Shown: positions 1 to 10,673, counted from the stretch's first letter. The stretch is 64,000 nucleotides of DNA from Cyanophora paradoxa CCMP329 (GCA_004431415.1 QPMI01000519.1:1-64000); one strand, 5' to 3'. Numbers and translations are program-made. Notes: generated by a model not told the origin, from the sequence alone.

Positions 1-1155
1 CATATTTGTCTGCAACCTTGTCCATATTTGAGCACTTGAAGGCATTCCGCAATTAATTCGGCACCTTTGAGGAGAGGGATGGCTCAGTAGCATAGAGACG
101 TTGACCATTAATTTCAACAGTGAAAGTAATGTCTTTTGAGTTAGCATGCGTTTTAGGACACTGTGGGAACCATTGAAACCATCAATACCTGCGGCATCAC
201 GAACTGAAACAAGAAGACCATAGACAAGACCAGAGATCTGTGACAGGTTAATTACGATTTGGTTGAGCATTGCCTTTTGCAGCAAAATTGACACTGTCAA
301 CAAAACCAATATCCAGAGCAGGAATAGCCATACCAGTGGTCTTCACCTTCTCAATGACAGTAGCAAACAGTTCATCAGAAACATTAATAGCATGCATGTA
401 AAGACGAGGAGAAGTGACTTTAATTTCGGGGGTTGTTCCAGAGATGGTGAAAGTGGTGATCTGTTGACCAACATGGGCAAGAGTAGCATTAGCAGTAGCA
501 CCAAGTCCATCATCCTCTGTCTTATCAGCAGCTGTTCCACCACAACTGGAAGAGCACGACACCATAAGAAGTCTCAACATAACCCTTTCCAGATCTCTTG
601 ACCAGACAGTCACCACCATTTCTCCTGTGAGAGCACCAAGAGGGAGGTAGTGGTTTAGCCATGGGACGGGGATTTCAACAAAGAATGACCCACCAAGTCG
701 GTTGGTTCCATGGGCAGGGATAACCATGAACCATACCCATTGAACGCTTCTTCTTGGCGAGTTGATCCTCACTGTAATAGATAAGAGGGAAATGAGCAAG
801 GAAATCAGAAGGCACATGGAAAGTGTAAGATCCATAGGTGATTTCAAGTCGAGAGACAAGAGCACAACTGGGCGAACGTATCCATTGCGAACAAGGTCGG
901 TATCACCAGCAAAAGTGACAGCTGGAAGGTCAAACGCAAGTTCGAGTTTTCCACAGAAATTGTAGCGAGGAGCTTGAAAGAAATGCGATTTCCAGCATTA
1001 TTCTCGAAAGTGTTGCTTGGGTTCACAACAACAAGAACTGGCTTCGACTTGGATTCAAGACCAAGCATGAGAGAGTTGTCCAGAAACGCCTTGGCTTCTT
1101 CGGGGTTGTTAGAGCTTCTTTCAGAGAAACGTTGGAGGGTCGAAGTAATATCCAT
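1..1155 (-). CDS. Major capsid protein (double jelly-roll, PLV type) of element A; frameshifted, 3' end outside window
   Basis: Joining ORFs 844..1194, 248..865 and the frame below 250 gives MDITS...SKPVLVVVNP...ISFKL/PRYNFCGKLELAF...HYLPLGALTGEMVVTV...NQIVINLSQISGLVYGLLVSVRD. This is colinear with the element B MCP (FKPFLETIRP...FDLPRKQLL...YFPLLAL...NAVEISLPTSAGLVHAILMTVRN). Confidence 0.75.
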
Positions 1156-1194
1156 GATTATCTCTTTTATTATACTGCAACATAAAAAATTCAC

Positions 1195-2211
1195 TCAATG
1201 ATCCTTGATTTTACGCAAAACTCGCATTACAGGATAAGATGGATGGGTTTCCGCCATCCTCCTCTTGAAATATTCATACACAGGATCACCAGCAGGTTCA
1301 TCACCATATCGAATTTCGAAGGTGAGGTGCACAGGTTGACCTTCGAAATCAATTGGGTTCATTAATTGCATTCACAATGTCAACCGAAAATGTGGAGAGC
1401 CCAGATTCTTGTTATAGTATTTATAAATCGGATGGGCTTCTGTTGAATTATAAACGACATGCTCACCATAATCTTTATCAGGAACCACGATTTTTGGAAA
1501 TATCCAGTGAGGAGACCATCACCACATTGCACAAGATCACCCAGCTCTTTTACTCTCACAAATAGGACACTATCCTGGTCTTCTCGGGTTCAAATGAAGA
1601 TATAATACCATGCACCATCGACCCAGTGAAGATACCATCAGTAAGAGTATTATAAAATGATTGGATTGGGTGTGTTACCATATCTTCCAGGATCAAGACC
1701 AAGCAGTCGAGCAGAACTCAAAAACCTCTGAATCTGTGCCTGGGTTGGGTTAATTGCGGTTGAGAAAGCCAGGTAAAACGGTATGGTGGAATGGAATATT
1801 ACTCGTTTCAGTGTATCATCCCATTTGCAACGAATAGCTACTGCTGGTTCTCTCAATGCAAGTTTGGAGTTAATTACATTCACCAGTTGTTGGTGTTTTG
1901 AATGGGTGTGCTGCGACTTATCACAATGTGTTTCCATGATTCATAATCGGCAGCAGGTCGATCAGTTGGAATACCAGTGCTTCCTGCACCAGATAACTTT
2001 CAGACCAATAAAGGTAGAATGCATTATCTATGTCACATCTCCTACTTTGGTTTCACCACTCACCATGGGGATGCTGTTATAGAATTCTGCTGAGACCAGT
2101 CTTACTGCTCTTACAAATTCATATGTGCTGGGGGGCGAGCAATAAAACTCGAAGTAGGTCCATCTCCCGAAATTGTATTAAAGAGCTCACTTCAATGTAA
2201 TCCACAGGCAT
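1195..2211 (-). CDS. Minor capsid (penton)-like protein A1; frameshifted
   Basis: Manual translation across frameshifts: N-terminal MPVDYIEVSS...GPTSSFIARP..TYEFVRAVRLVSAEFYNSIP, central SARLLGL (ORF 1650..1937), C-terminal LSTFSVDIVNAINEP.DFEGQPVHLTFEI. These match the PLV/virophage mCP terminal motifs. Confidence 0.65.
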
Positions 2212-2240
2212 CTTCTTTTATCTATAAACATATATTTAAA

Positions 2241-3170
2241 ATGATTCGGCTGGTCAATATAGATAGCAGAGACCGATCAGATGGACAAATAGAAAACTCC
2301 TACAAGTTTCACTCACAACCCCAGTGACCAAACCAAGAGAATGTCGAGTTTTGTATGCAGAGATCCCCAACAGCATCTATAACTCCATTGGAGACCACCT
2401 TCTTGTCAGATTCTACTACCAAGGCATCTCTGAAACCAAGCAGGTCTTCCTTCTCCCCAAGTGGTTACATAAATCAAGGTCATTTCGGGGTCACCACTCC
2501 ATATAATTATGGTCTGAATTCACATTTACTGGGAGCAACAATCTCACATATGCATTCAAGGTCTACTACAACCTACCTCCTACAAATTGGAGTTTTACAG
2601 TAATGTTCAATTCGATATGGTTGCATCTACACAGAGATTTGGGTAAACTTCTTGGTGTGAGTTCAGTGGAGTGGGTGGCTTCCACCGAACAGATTTACGA
2701 TTTTCCCAGCGTCTGCAAGGTCTTTATATGCCCCCGAGAATTTTCCTTTATTTTTCAGGAATACCAATCACCCCAAACCATCCCCAATGGGAATCACATT
2801 CACAGGATATGAATTCGAGGCATCTCGCTTAAAACTACAAGTTAGAAGCATCCAAGATGACAGATATGAATGCAGAACAGTATTTATACATGCACATTAA
2901 AGACTCTCCCCATTTGCTACAAACCACAATATTGTCCCAAGATCACAACCACAGAATCAAGGGGCGATTCTCAGATTGCAGTTAAGTAAAGATATTGGGC
3001 AGTATGTTTATCACAGTGGAGAGCACAGTGAATACATAAAAATAACCGATCGAAACCTTGTGATTAGAGAGTTAACAGTTGAGTTTCGCGATTATTATGG
3101 TGATCTTGTAGATATGAATGGAATTGACAACTCATTCCAGTTAGAGTTCTTGGCTATTGGTAATGATTAA
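2241..3170 (+). CDS. Minor capsid (penton)-like protein A2; frameshifted
   Basis: Starts MIRLVNIDSRDRSDG...CRVLYAEIPNSIYN and ends RELTVEFRDYYGDLVDMNGIDNSFQLEF. These are the IDSRDR N-terminal motif and the C-terminal motif of PLV minor capsid proteins. Confidence 0.75.
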
Positions 3171-3568
3171 ACCGATCCTGATAGAAGAACTCCCCATCTG
3201 TCTCGAAATATTAAGAATGGGACTCTTTCGATCTTCTGTATACCATCGGCGAATTGTCTTATCCCATTTAGCACCATTCTTTTTCAAGAATCTACAAAGA
3301 GTTGATCTCCTTGTAATTCGCAATCCATCTCTTGAAAGATCTCATAATGATCTTGTATTCTTTTCACAATCAAGATGTAAGTCCCATGGAAATTGTGATA
3401 TTGCTGGTTAATCGGCATGTTTCCTTTACAGCATGATGGGAAATCGTTTGTCATTTTTTGGCGAAACGAGAGTATCTCATGAGATAGATGAGAGAATAAC
3501 AGGTGTGTTTTCAGGGTTGGAGAAATCGGAGAAACATAGAGTATTGCGATTTCCGAGTTAGTTGACAC
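3141..3568 (-). CDS. Small protein with DUF5710-like motif; frameshifted
   Basis: ORFs 3284..3568 and 3141..3323. LKKNGAKWDKTIRRWY resembles the K..GA.WD....WY signature of DUF5710. Confidence 0.4.
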
Positions 3569-3591
3569 TGAGAAATTCAGAATTTCAGATG

Positions 3592-4145
3592 GTCTTACTG
3601 AAAATGGTCAGATAATCGGGTGTGACACCTATTTAATTGACTGTGACGCCTCTTTAATTGACTGTGACGCCTGTGACGCCTGTGACGCCTGTGACGCCTA
3701 CTTTCAAACTTTTTAAAATTTTCAAAAATGACAGACTTCTTAAAACAGCCGTCACAGCCGTCACAGGCGTCACACCCAATTAAAAATGGAATCTCTTTCT
3801 CTTACTGAGATATTCAAATATATTCTTGTCTTACTGAAATCCGTCTTGTGACACCTCTGACACCTACAAAACACTATCCATTAATCCACCTTTCCGAAAA
3901 TGCGAAGTTGTCTTACTGGAAATGGTCTGCAATTTCGCTGTGACACCTAATTTAATTGAGTGTGACGCCTGTGACGCCTGTGACACCTACTTTCAAACTT
4001 TTTAAAATTTTCAAAAATGACAGACTTCTGAAAACAGGCGTCACAGCCGTCACAGGCGTCACAGACATTCTACCCCTCTTACTGACTTTCTCAAAAACAA
4101 ATATATCTCTTACTGAATATCATTTGAATACTACCTGTCACACTT
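3592..4145. repeat. Two ~320-bp direct repeats, each with inverted arrays of 9-bp TGTGACGCC units flanking an AT-rich core (origin-like)
   Basis: Copy 1 from 3592 and copy 2 from 3910 both read (tgtgacgcc)x3-4, then tactttcaaactttttaaaattttcaaaaatgacagacttct.aaaaca, then (g[g/c]cgtcaca)x3. Confidence 0.9.
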
Positions 4146-4176
4146 GAATTCATTTATTCTGTTTTATAGAACATAT

Positions 4177-4432
4177 GCAATCTCATCGATTATTCAATTG
4201 GAGACCATGCAACTCTGTGACACTTTTTCGATCAAAAGTATACATCCGCAATCTCATCGATTGTTTAATTGGACATAATGCAGTTCCGATATATTCCAAT
4301 AGAAAATCCGCAATCTAATCGATTGTTTAATTGGAGATAATGCAACTCTGTGACACTTTTTCGGTGCAAAAATGTAAATCCGCAATCCCATCGATTGTTT
4401 AATTGGACATAATGCAACTCTGTGACAGTTTT
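4177..4432. repeat. Four degenerate tandem repeats of 62-72 bp
   Basis: Core gcaatctcatcgattgtttaattggacataatgca, with small variations, starts at 4177, 4248, 4310 and 4382. Confidence 0.9.
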
Positions 4433-4754
4433 TGCGTTTTCCGATACAAAATGGGCGGTGGTCTACTTCAATACCGATGAGATATATCGAGTTTATGCGA
4501 ATTTATGCGAATTTATGCGAATTAATCGCGATTATATCGTTCTTTAAGTAGTTTAATGTTAATCAATCGAAAGTTATATATGTAATCGACAAAGAACATA
4601 ATCTATCGATATAATATCGATTGAATCATCGTGGAATATGCATTAAATTAAACGCGTTTATCATTTTTAATACAAAGTTTGCATTAATTTATACAAAGTT
4701 TGCCATAAAAAGTTAAAGAAATTAATCGATAAATATGTATTTAGTATTAAATTA

Positions 4755-4849
4755 ACACATATTGAAAAACGAATTTAAATCCAGAGTGAATCGAGATCGC
4801 GAAGCGATCGAGATGAACGAGGGATTTAAATTCGTTTTTCAATATGTGT
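4755..4849. repeat. Perfect 28-bp inverted repeat (fold-back) at the element A/host junction
   Basis: 4755-4782 acacatattgaaaaacgaatttaaatcc is the exact reverse complement of 4822-4849. The loop contains a nested gatcgc-gaa-gcgatc hairpin. Confidence 0.95.
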
Positions 4850-4860
4850 CGGTCCTTTCG

Positions 4861-5904
4861 ATGTCTCTTCCAACAACGAGGCTCCTCCTCGTGTGCGCGG
4901 CAGCACGCGGAGAAGCTGGGGCGGGACCAGCAGGAGATGTGCGCCGTCGCGCACGGCGTCGCGGATAGCCGCCAGTGGGACATGGTGCCCCCGCCCGCCC
5001 CCGCCCGCCTCGAGTGCAGCCGCGACCCGACCCGACCGACCCGCGCGGCCCGCCAGATCGTGCAGATGCTCATGATAAAGCAGCCCGAGTGGATGAGGGT
5101 GAGTCGGTGATCACGATACGATAAATTTAAAGCGACCCGGGCCTCCCTCCAGTTATTGTGCGCCGGCCGCGAGCTGAGGGCCTCGGGCAGGACATCGAGG
5201 AGGCGGACCGGCTGACGGGGATGGAGCCGGCCACGTGGGACGACCGCTACAGCATCAACTTCTTCGGGGTGCGGTCGCGCGCGATCCGCATTGAAGTTTC
5301 GGGGCTGTGCGATGCAGTCGCATTCTCCCTCGCGCGCGTCTCGAGCCGGCATGCACGTGCAGGCCCCCGACGACGCCGAGGAGGCGGAGATCCCCTCCCC
5401 CGTCGTCGTTGCGACCCCCAACTCGCGGCCGCGCCGCCCCCTCGGCCCCCAGCCGGCCGCCCGCGTCCTCGCGAGCTACGGGGCGCCGCCGGCGCCGGCG
5501 GCGGACGGGGAAGGGGGCGAGGAGGAGGCGCCGGCGACGATGACGGAGGCGGAGTGGAGCGCAATGATCAACGAGCGGATGAAGAATTCCGTCCTCGCCC
5601 TCAGCGTCGTGCGCCGCCCCCGCCGGGACGGGCCGTTTGGGCGCCTCCGCGCCGGCTGATGCGCGGGCGCGCCGCGGTGGCAGCTGGCGGGGGCGAAGGA
5701 GGCGGCGGAGAAGGCGCGCGTGAGGTCGCTCACCTGCGAGACGTGCGAGTTCGACAAGCAGCCCGCGCGCAACGCGGCGCGCCAGAGAGCCATTTTCCCC
5801 CCTGCATGTGCATCCTTCAGCCCTCTCCCGTCTGACTGCTACCACTGTACGCTCAGGCGGCGATCGCGAGGCACAAAATGACGCCCGCCCACGTGGTGCG
5901 CTAG
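4861..5904 (+). CDS. Host multi-exon hypothetical gene (5' end uncertain)
   Basis: GC-rich exon-like segments (EGLGQDIEEADRLTGMEPATWDDRYSINFFG; MTEAEWSAMINERMKNSVLALSV; AAIARHKMTPAHVVR*) separated by short introns. No family recognised. Confidence 0.4.
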
Positions 5905-6223
5905 TCGCGGCCGATCCGAACGTCGACTTTCAGCTATAGCTTCTTGAAGCCTTGAATTTCGTTAATATACTATTTTTGCATCGACTCGAACTGACCCTGG
6001 GCGCAGGAGCGGGACCGGTCGTACCGAAAGCTGCTGGCCGACCTCGCCATAATCTGCGAGGATGCCATCGAAGGGTGCGCTGCGATCGTACACGCGTCCG
6101 GCTTGAGTCTCGCATCCCCGTGCAGCCTTGTCGAGCCCCTCGAGCTGTGGATTCGTCGACCCGCACGTGGATTCACACGCGAGCGCAGGATGCAGGAGAC
6201 GATAGCGGCGCTGTGCGACCTCG

Positions 6224-6229
6224 GGGGCC
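6224..6229 (+). repeat. Target-site duplication GGGGCC (left copy)
   Basis: GGGGCC lies directly before the left TIR and again directly after the right TIR (17379-17384). Confidence 0.85.
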
Positions 6230-6659
6230 AAAAAAAATGAGAGAGGACCTGATTCTGTGGCCCACCCCTCTTCACCACCCTCACCTCTCCGAACCCACCC
6301 CAACCCACCCAATCCAGCGTCTTCCCAGCCATCACTCTCGCCAACCCTTCCGCTACGTCTACCGCCCTTCTCTCCCTCTGGTCTACCTCCCCTTCCATCC
6401 AGCAACCACTAGGTAGTATCTAACGTCTACTCCAATCGATCTTGCAAAAGATATAGCAGTGATTTGAGACGGGCCCCCAACGCGACGGTCTGCAGAGATA
6501 GCTTAATCAGCAGCTAGGCGTTAATACTGTGTTCTTCCTATCTAAATAGCGGAGAGGTTTCCAGGTTCTAGCTAGACGATAAAACTATATAATCGAAGCT
6601 GATTGCATATGCGAGTTTAGGTTCTAGTTAGTCAATAATACTGTGTGGATGATAGCGCC
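6230..6659 (+). repeat. Left terminal inverted repeat of element B
   Basis: aaaaaaaatgagagaggacctgattctgtgg...ctgtgtggatgatagcgcc is the reverse complement of 16951-17378. The only difference noticed is terminal A-run length (8 vs 6). Confidence 0.97.
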
Positions 6660-6732
6660 AGTAGCAATGTTGAAGATTTGGACAGGAAGTCCTAAAAACG
6701 AAAAGATCGAGAGATGTTGAAGATTTGGACAG

Positions 6733-6977
6733 AAAGTATAGTAATGTAGACGAGCTTCTATGCGCTGGCATAAAAGTATAGTAATGTAGACGAGCTTCTA
6801 TGCGCTGGCATAAAAGTATAGTAATGTAGACGAGCTTCTATGCGCTGGCATAAAAGTATAGTAATGTAGACGAGCTTCTATGCGCTGGCATAAAAGTATA
6901 GTAATGTAGACGAGCTTCTATGCGCTGGCATAAAAGTATAGTAATGTAGACGAGCTTCTATGCGCTGGCATAAAAGT
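6733..6977. repeat. Subterminal tandem array, 40-bp unit, about 6 copies
   Basis: aaagtatagtaatgtagacgagcttctatgcgctggcata repeated head-to-tail. Confidence 0.97.
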
Positions 6978-7141
6978 GATAGTGCGCTGATAGTGCGCTG
7001 ATAGTGCGCTGATAGTGCGCTGATAGCTAGCGGAGACAAGCCGGAGACAAGCCCGAGACAAGCCCTGTGCCAAGCCGGATCCCGGAGACCAAGCCCGAGC
7101 CAAGCCGTCAAGCCAATCGTTACAGGCATCGTTACAGGCAT
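6978..7141. repeat. Cluster of short tandem repeats (11-12 bp units)
   Basis: (gatagtgcgct)x4, (ggagacaagcc) about x3, (atcgttacaggc)x2. Confidence 0.85.
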
Positions 7142-7794
7142 TCACTCCCAGCGATGCCGGAGCCCTAGCTTAGTGAAGCCGCTCAGCATTGGCTTGTACT
7201 CGATCGCCGGCCCGACAGGATCAGCACTGCTAGAGGCGATGCGCAGGATCGATGCGTTAGCTACAGGCAGCTCGCTAGCATTCTCATCGACCTCGGGGAT
7301 CGCAACAATCGTCTTAGCAGGAACAGCAGATGCAGGAGGGCAACCTTCTTATCGACCTTTGTCTTCGTGATCGGTTCATTTAAAATCTTGTTCTCCATCT
7401 TAGTCTCAGCCGCGATGCCAGCTATAAGATCACTAGCTCGCTTCTTTGAAACTGTTTTAAGACCGGTCACAGTTTAATGAAATACCTGCTACGATTAGCC
7501 GTCTCTGAGATGTACAGCGGCCATCGTCGGTATCCCTTAGCTTGCTAGTCTTGGTCTTCTTAGTCCGAGAATTCGGGATCTTATCAAGAATAGCGTTCTC
7601 ATCGGCGGTAAGAGCATAGTCGTTGGATGCACCCTCACCGCCACCAGCGCGACGGGCTAGCGGGTAAGCATCAGTATCACCACTCAAGAACTCGATGTGA
7701 TTCTTCTTAGTAGGGCTGGAAGTGCGCAGCCAAACTGCATGTCTGTCGACTTCTTTCGCGGAGTGCGCAGCCGAGACTGCTTGTCTGTCGACAT
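7142..7794 (-). CDS. Hypothetical basic protein of element B; frameshifted
   Basis: ATG at 7794 (MSTDKQSRLRTPRKK). Continues through overlapping ORFs 7457..7687 and 7261..7470 to a stop near 7142. No family recognised. Confidence 0.4.
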
Positions 7795-7819
7795 CTTTTA
7801 ACTAGTAGTGGGAAAAAAC

Positions 7820-8696
7820 TTATGCGAACGATCTGTCGAAGGGGACGTACTCGCTGGCTGCATTCTTGATTGCGGATTTAGCAGCAGCAGACGTGTAAGA
7901 GACATCCTCGATATCGAACTCTAGCACGAACGAGAACTCCGTGTTTGTGACAGCGTCTGTTCCATTATGATAGCGCAGCGATATGTCAAGTTCAGACAGC
8001 TCAGCGTTTCGATCGAAGCCTGTGACGGGAACACGATCCTCAGATGTGAACTTGATGAGCTCCCCGAATTTTGAGTCGATGTGAATCTTTGCGATCGAGC
8101 CCGTTGTATAGGGGTTAAGTGTCAAGATCGAGCCTTTGATCTGCTGAATGTACAGGAACAAATACGTGTGATAAAGTAGATCAACTGGCATATCGCTGAA
8201 CAGCTCGTACGAATATTGTACGCCATCGATTGTCTCAGGTGTTCAAGCTCACTGGAAAGGTCACTGAGAGTCTTCGCAAACCCGAGCAGGTTCGCTAGTT
8301 CGGCCGATGTGAAGCTCAAAATAAAGTCCGCTTCACACAGGAACCTAAGCCGCATTGAGATCTCTTCGAACTGAACGACGAACTTGCGCTGATAAGTAGT
8401 TCCACCGTAACTATACTGCTGGGTTTTAAGAAGCGTGCTTAGATAGTTTGCAAGGGAGGTGGCGTATAGACTCCGGGCTTGAAAGTGTTGGCACGTGTTT
8501 TCTCAACGCCAGAGGGATCAAGGGTGCCGGTGATAATTGCGGCTTGTGTGGACAGGTTGAACATGTTATGAAACAGTTCTAGCGAATCAACTCGCACCGA
8601 CTTTACATTAACGAGGGGCCTTGGGAGATTGATCTTGAAATTCGAGGACGTGCCTTCGAACCGGTCCCTAGAATCGACATTTACGCGGAGCTTCAT
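7820..8696 (-). CDS. Minor capsid (penton) protein of element B; frameshifted
   Basis: MKLRVNVDSRDRFEGTSSNFKINLPRPLVNVKSVRVDSLELFHNMFNL, then LANLLGF, then LSELDISLRYHNG...FSFVLEFDI, across ORFs 8439..8759, 8122..8355 and 7820..8191. Confidence 0.85.
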
Positions 8697-8740
8697 CTTT
8701 ACAACAATATGCATGAAAATTTTCTGGTCTATAATAGCAA

Positions 8741-9968
8741 ATGGCGCAAGCAGGAACAACTCTAAAGGAGCTCCTCACTACCAAAGGTTCAAGCGAGCTT
8801 TATCTATCCCCGGGTCTCACTGTCGGTGTCAGCCCAAGTTCAAGCCTTTCCTTGAAACGATCCGTCCGCGAGGCAACTCGTACGGCTTCGCGCAGACTGC
8901 CGCTTTCGACCTTCCGCGCAAGCAACTTCTAAACGGTGTCTCGCTATACTTTAAGGTCAGCGTCGCTGGCGGAGCGGCCGCCTCAGTGCTGCCGAATGGC
9001 GCAGGTGCATTTATTGAAAACGTGCGCTTTGTTCATGGATCCTTCAAGATGGTGATCCCAGGAGACTGGCTTACTGTGAACGCGCTCATCGATAATAGCG
9101 TTGCATCCGCCCAGGCTTTTGCTAGCAGCTACGGCTTTGGAAAGGACGCTGCTCTTGAGATTCTCGATGCCAGTCGCGAGTATGTGCTAAAGATCCCCTC
9201 CCAGCTCTGGGACAATTCATACTTCCCGCTCCTCGCACTGGCTGACATGCCCACCGTCGAGATTGACTTCCGTTCGGCTTCGGTGGTTGGAACTGTCGCT
9301 AGTGCTGTTGCAACTCTAACGGATTGTGCCCTGGTTTGCCAGTTCGTGAATATCCCTAGCGAAGAGGCTGAGTCTATGCTTAAATCTGCAAACGAGAGCG
9401 GTGGTATTCGAATTCCTTTCACCGAGATTATTTCAAAGCGCTCGAGGCAGTTAAAGACTGACGACGCGGGGAATGCAGTCGAAATCTCCTTGCCAACGTC
9501 AGCGGCCTTGTGCACGCGATCCTGATGACAGTGCGTAATGCGAATCACCTGGGCACTCGCAATCACAATTCATTTGCTGGCAACGGAAATGCGCTGAAAA
9601 TCGATTCGTTTGAGATCATGCACAACAACCGAACTCTCGACATCAGCAATAAGCCAATCTCTGGGTTTGTATCATCGTGCTATCACATTCCAACTCAATA
9701 CCGCGGTGCAACCACTGGCAATTCAGCTCTTGGCTTCGAGGACGGAAATGTCTATGGGATTGTGCTTTCGAAATCTGGCAAAGACTCACTGCATAACGCT
9801 GTCCTCGGCTACACAGACTTCTTTAATTCCAGCAGCAGCTACTGCTCGCTAACTGTGACCGGCTGCACAAACGCAGCGCCAGCAGTTGTTGACTTCCACG
9901 TCCTGCGCCACAATGTTCTCGTAATTAACTCGTATCAAATGTCAACTCTAAAGGTAAGTAACTTCTAG
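8741..9968 (+). CDS. Major capsid protein (double jelly-roll) of element B; two single-base frameshifts
   Basis: About 410 aa, beta-rich, with FDLPRKQLLNGVSLYF, FIENVRF, YFPLLAL...VEIDF and HNVLVI near the C-terminus. Lies between the mCP and the packaging ATPase. Confidence 0.85.
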
Positions 9969-10673
9969 ATGGATATCAAACTGTTTGATCCTACAGAAAT
10001 AAAACTGCCTAAACGGTTCTTGTTTGTCGGTCCAACAAACTCGGGCAAGAGCACCTACGTAAAACACGTGCTAAATGCTGTAGCGCCACAGTTAGACGAT
10101 ATTTACGTCTTCAGTACGACCGCATTTACTGGGCAATGGAATGATACAACACGACCAAGTAATATCCAGGAAGAATGGGATCCAGTTTTGGTTGAAGCGC
10201 TGCTAGAACGACAAAAAGAAAGAAGACGCAAAAATGATGATCGCAAGATTGCAATTGTTTTAGACGATTTACTTGACAATGACCTAGTAAATGTCCACAG
10301 TGACAGACTCATGCAAAAGCTATTTACTTCTGGCCGTCATTACAACACCACCCTTTTCATAACGACTCAACGTCTTTGTGGCATCAGTCCGACGATTCGG
10401 CGGAACTGTGAGTACGTTTGCTTTTCGTCGATTTTGAGCAATGTTAAAGAGTTCAACACTTGCTTCGACGAATATAATGCCGGAGCGAGTCGAGCAAATC
10501 TAATGCGTCTTTTCGTTGAATGGGGTCATTCGTTTCAGGTTTTGATATATGAAGGCGTGAGCGCGGACCGCGTTTATGCTGTTGACAAAGCCTCTGGAAC
10601 GACTTCGGCTCTATTGCGCTTTGTGCGCGTAAAAAAGCAGCGCGATCGAAAGTCGGTAGCCAGGACTGTTTGA
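9969..10673 (+). CDS. A32/FtsK-HerA-type DNA packaging ATPase
   Basis: Walker A GPTNSGKS, Walker B IAIVLDD, arginine-finger motif SGRHYN, sensor ITTQ and IRRN. Confidence 0.95.
   Translation: MDIKLFDPTEIKLPKRFLFVGPTNSGKSTYVKHVLNAVAPQLDDIYVFSTTAFTGQWNDTTRPSNIQEEWDPVLVEALLERQKERRRKNDDRKIAIVLDDLLDNDLVNVHSDRLMQKLFTSGRHYNTTLFITTQRLCGISPTIRRNCEYVCFSSILSNVKEFNTCFDEYNAGASRANLMRLFVEWGHSFQVLIYEGVSADRVYAVDKASGTTSALLRFVRVKKQRDRKSVARTV

Larger units (their letters stand above)
1..4850. mobile_element. Endogenous Polinton-like virus A (partial, runs off the window start)
   Basis: AT-rich, intronless block with an abrupt switch to very high GC near 4850. Encodes an MCP and two mCP-like genes, followed by a repeat-rich non-coding end. 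The right boundary is approximate because the partner TIR/TSD is outside the window. Confidence 0.8.

Noticed and set aside
4177-4432. CRISPR-like array (palindromic ~35-bp repeats with spacers)
   Set aside because: Spacers are largely similar to each other, repeats are degenerate, no cas genes are present, and the context is eukaryotic and viral.
5952-6416. Apparent duplicated genes at 5952-6416 and 17194-17471 with identical peptide ends
   Set aside because: The shared peptides are simply translations of the two TIR copies.
6733-6977. CRISPR array, or coding ORFs 6878..7141 and 6918..7145
   Set aside because: Head-to-tail identical units without spacers. The ORFs are translations of the repeats.
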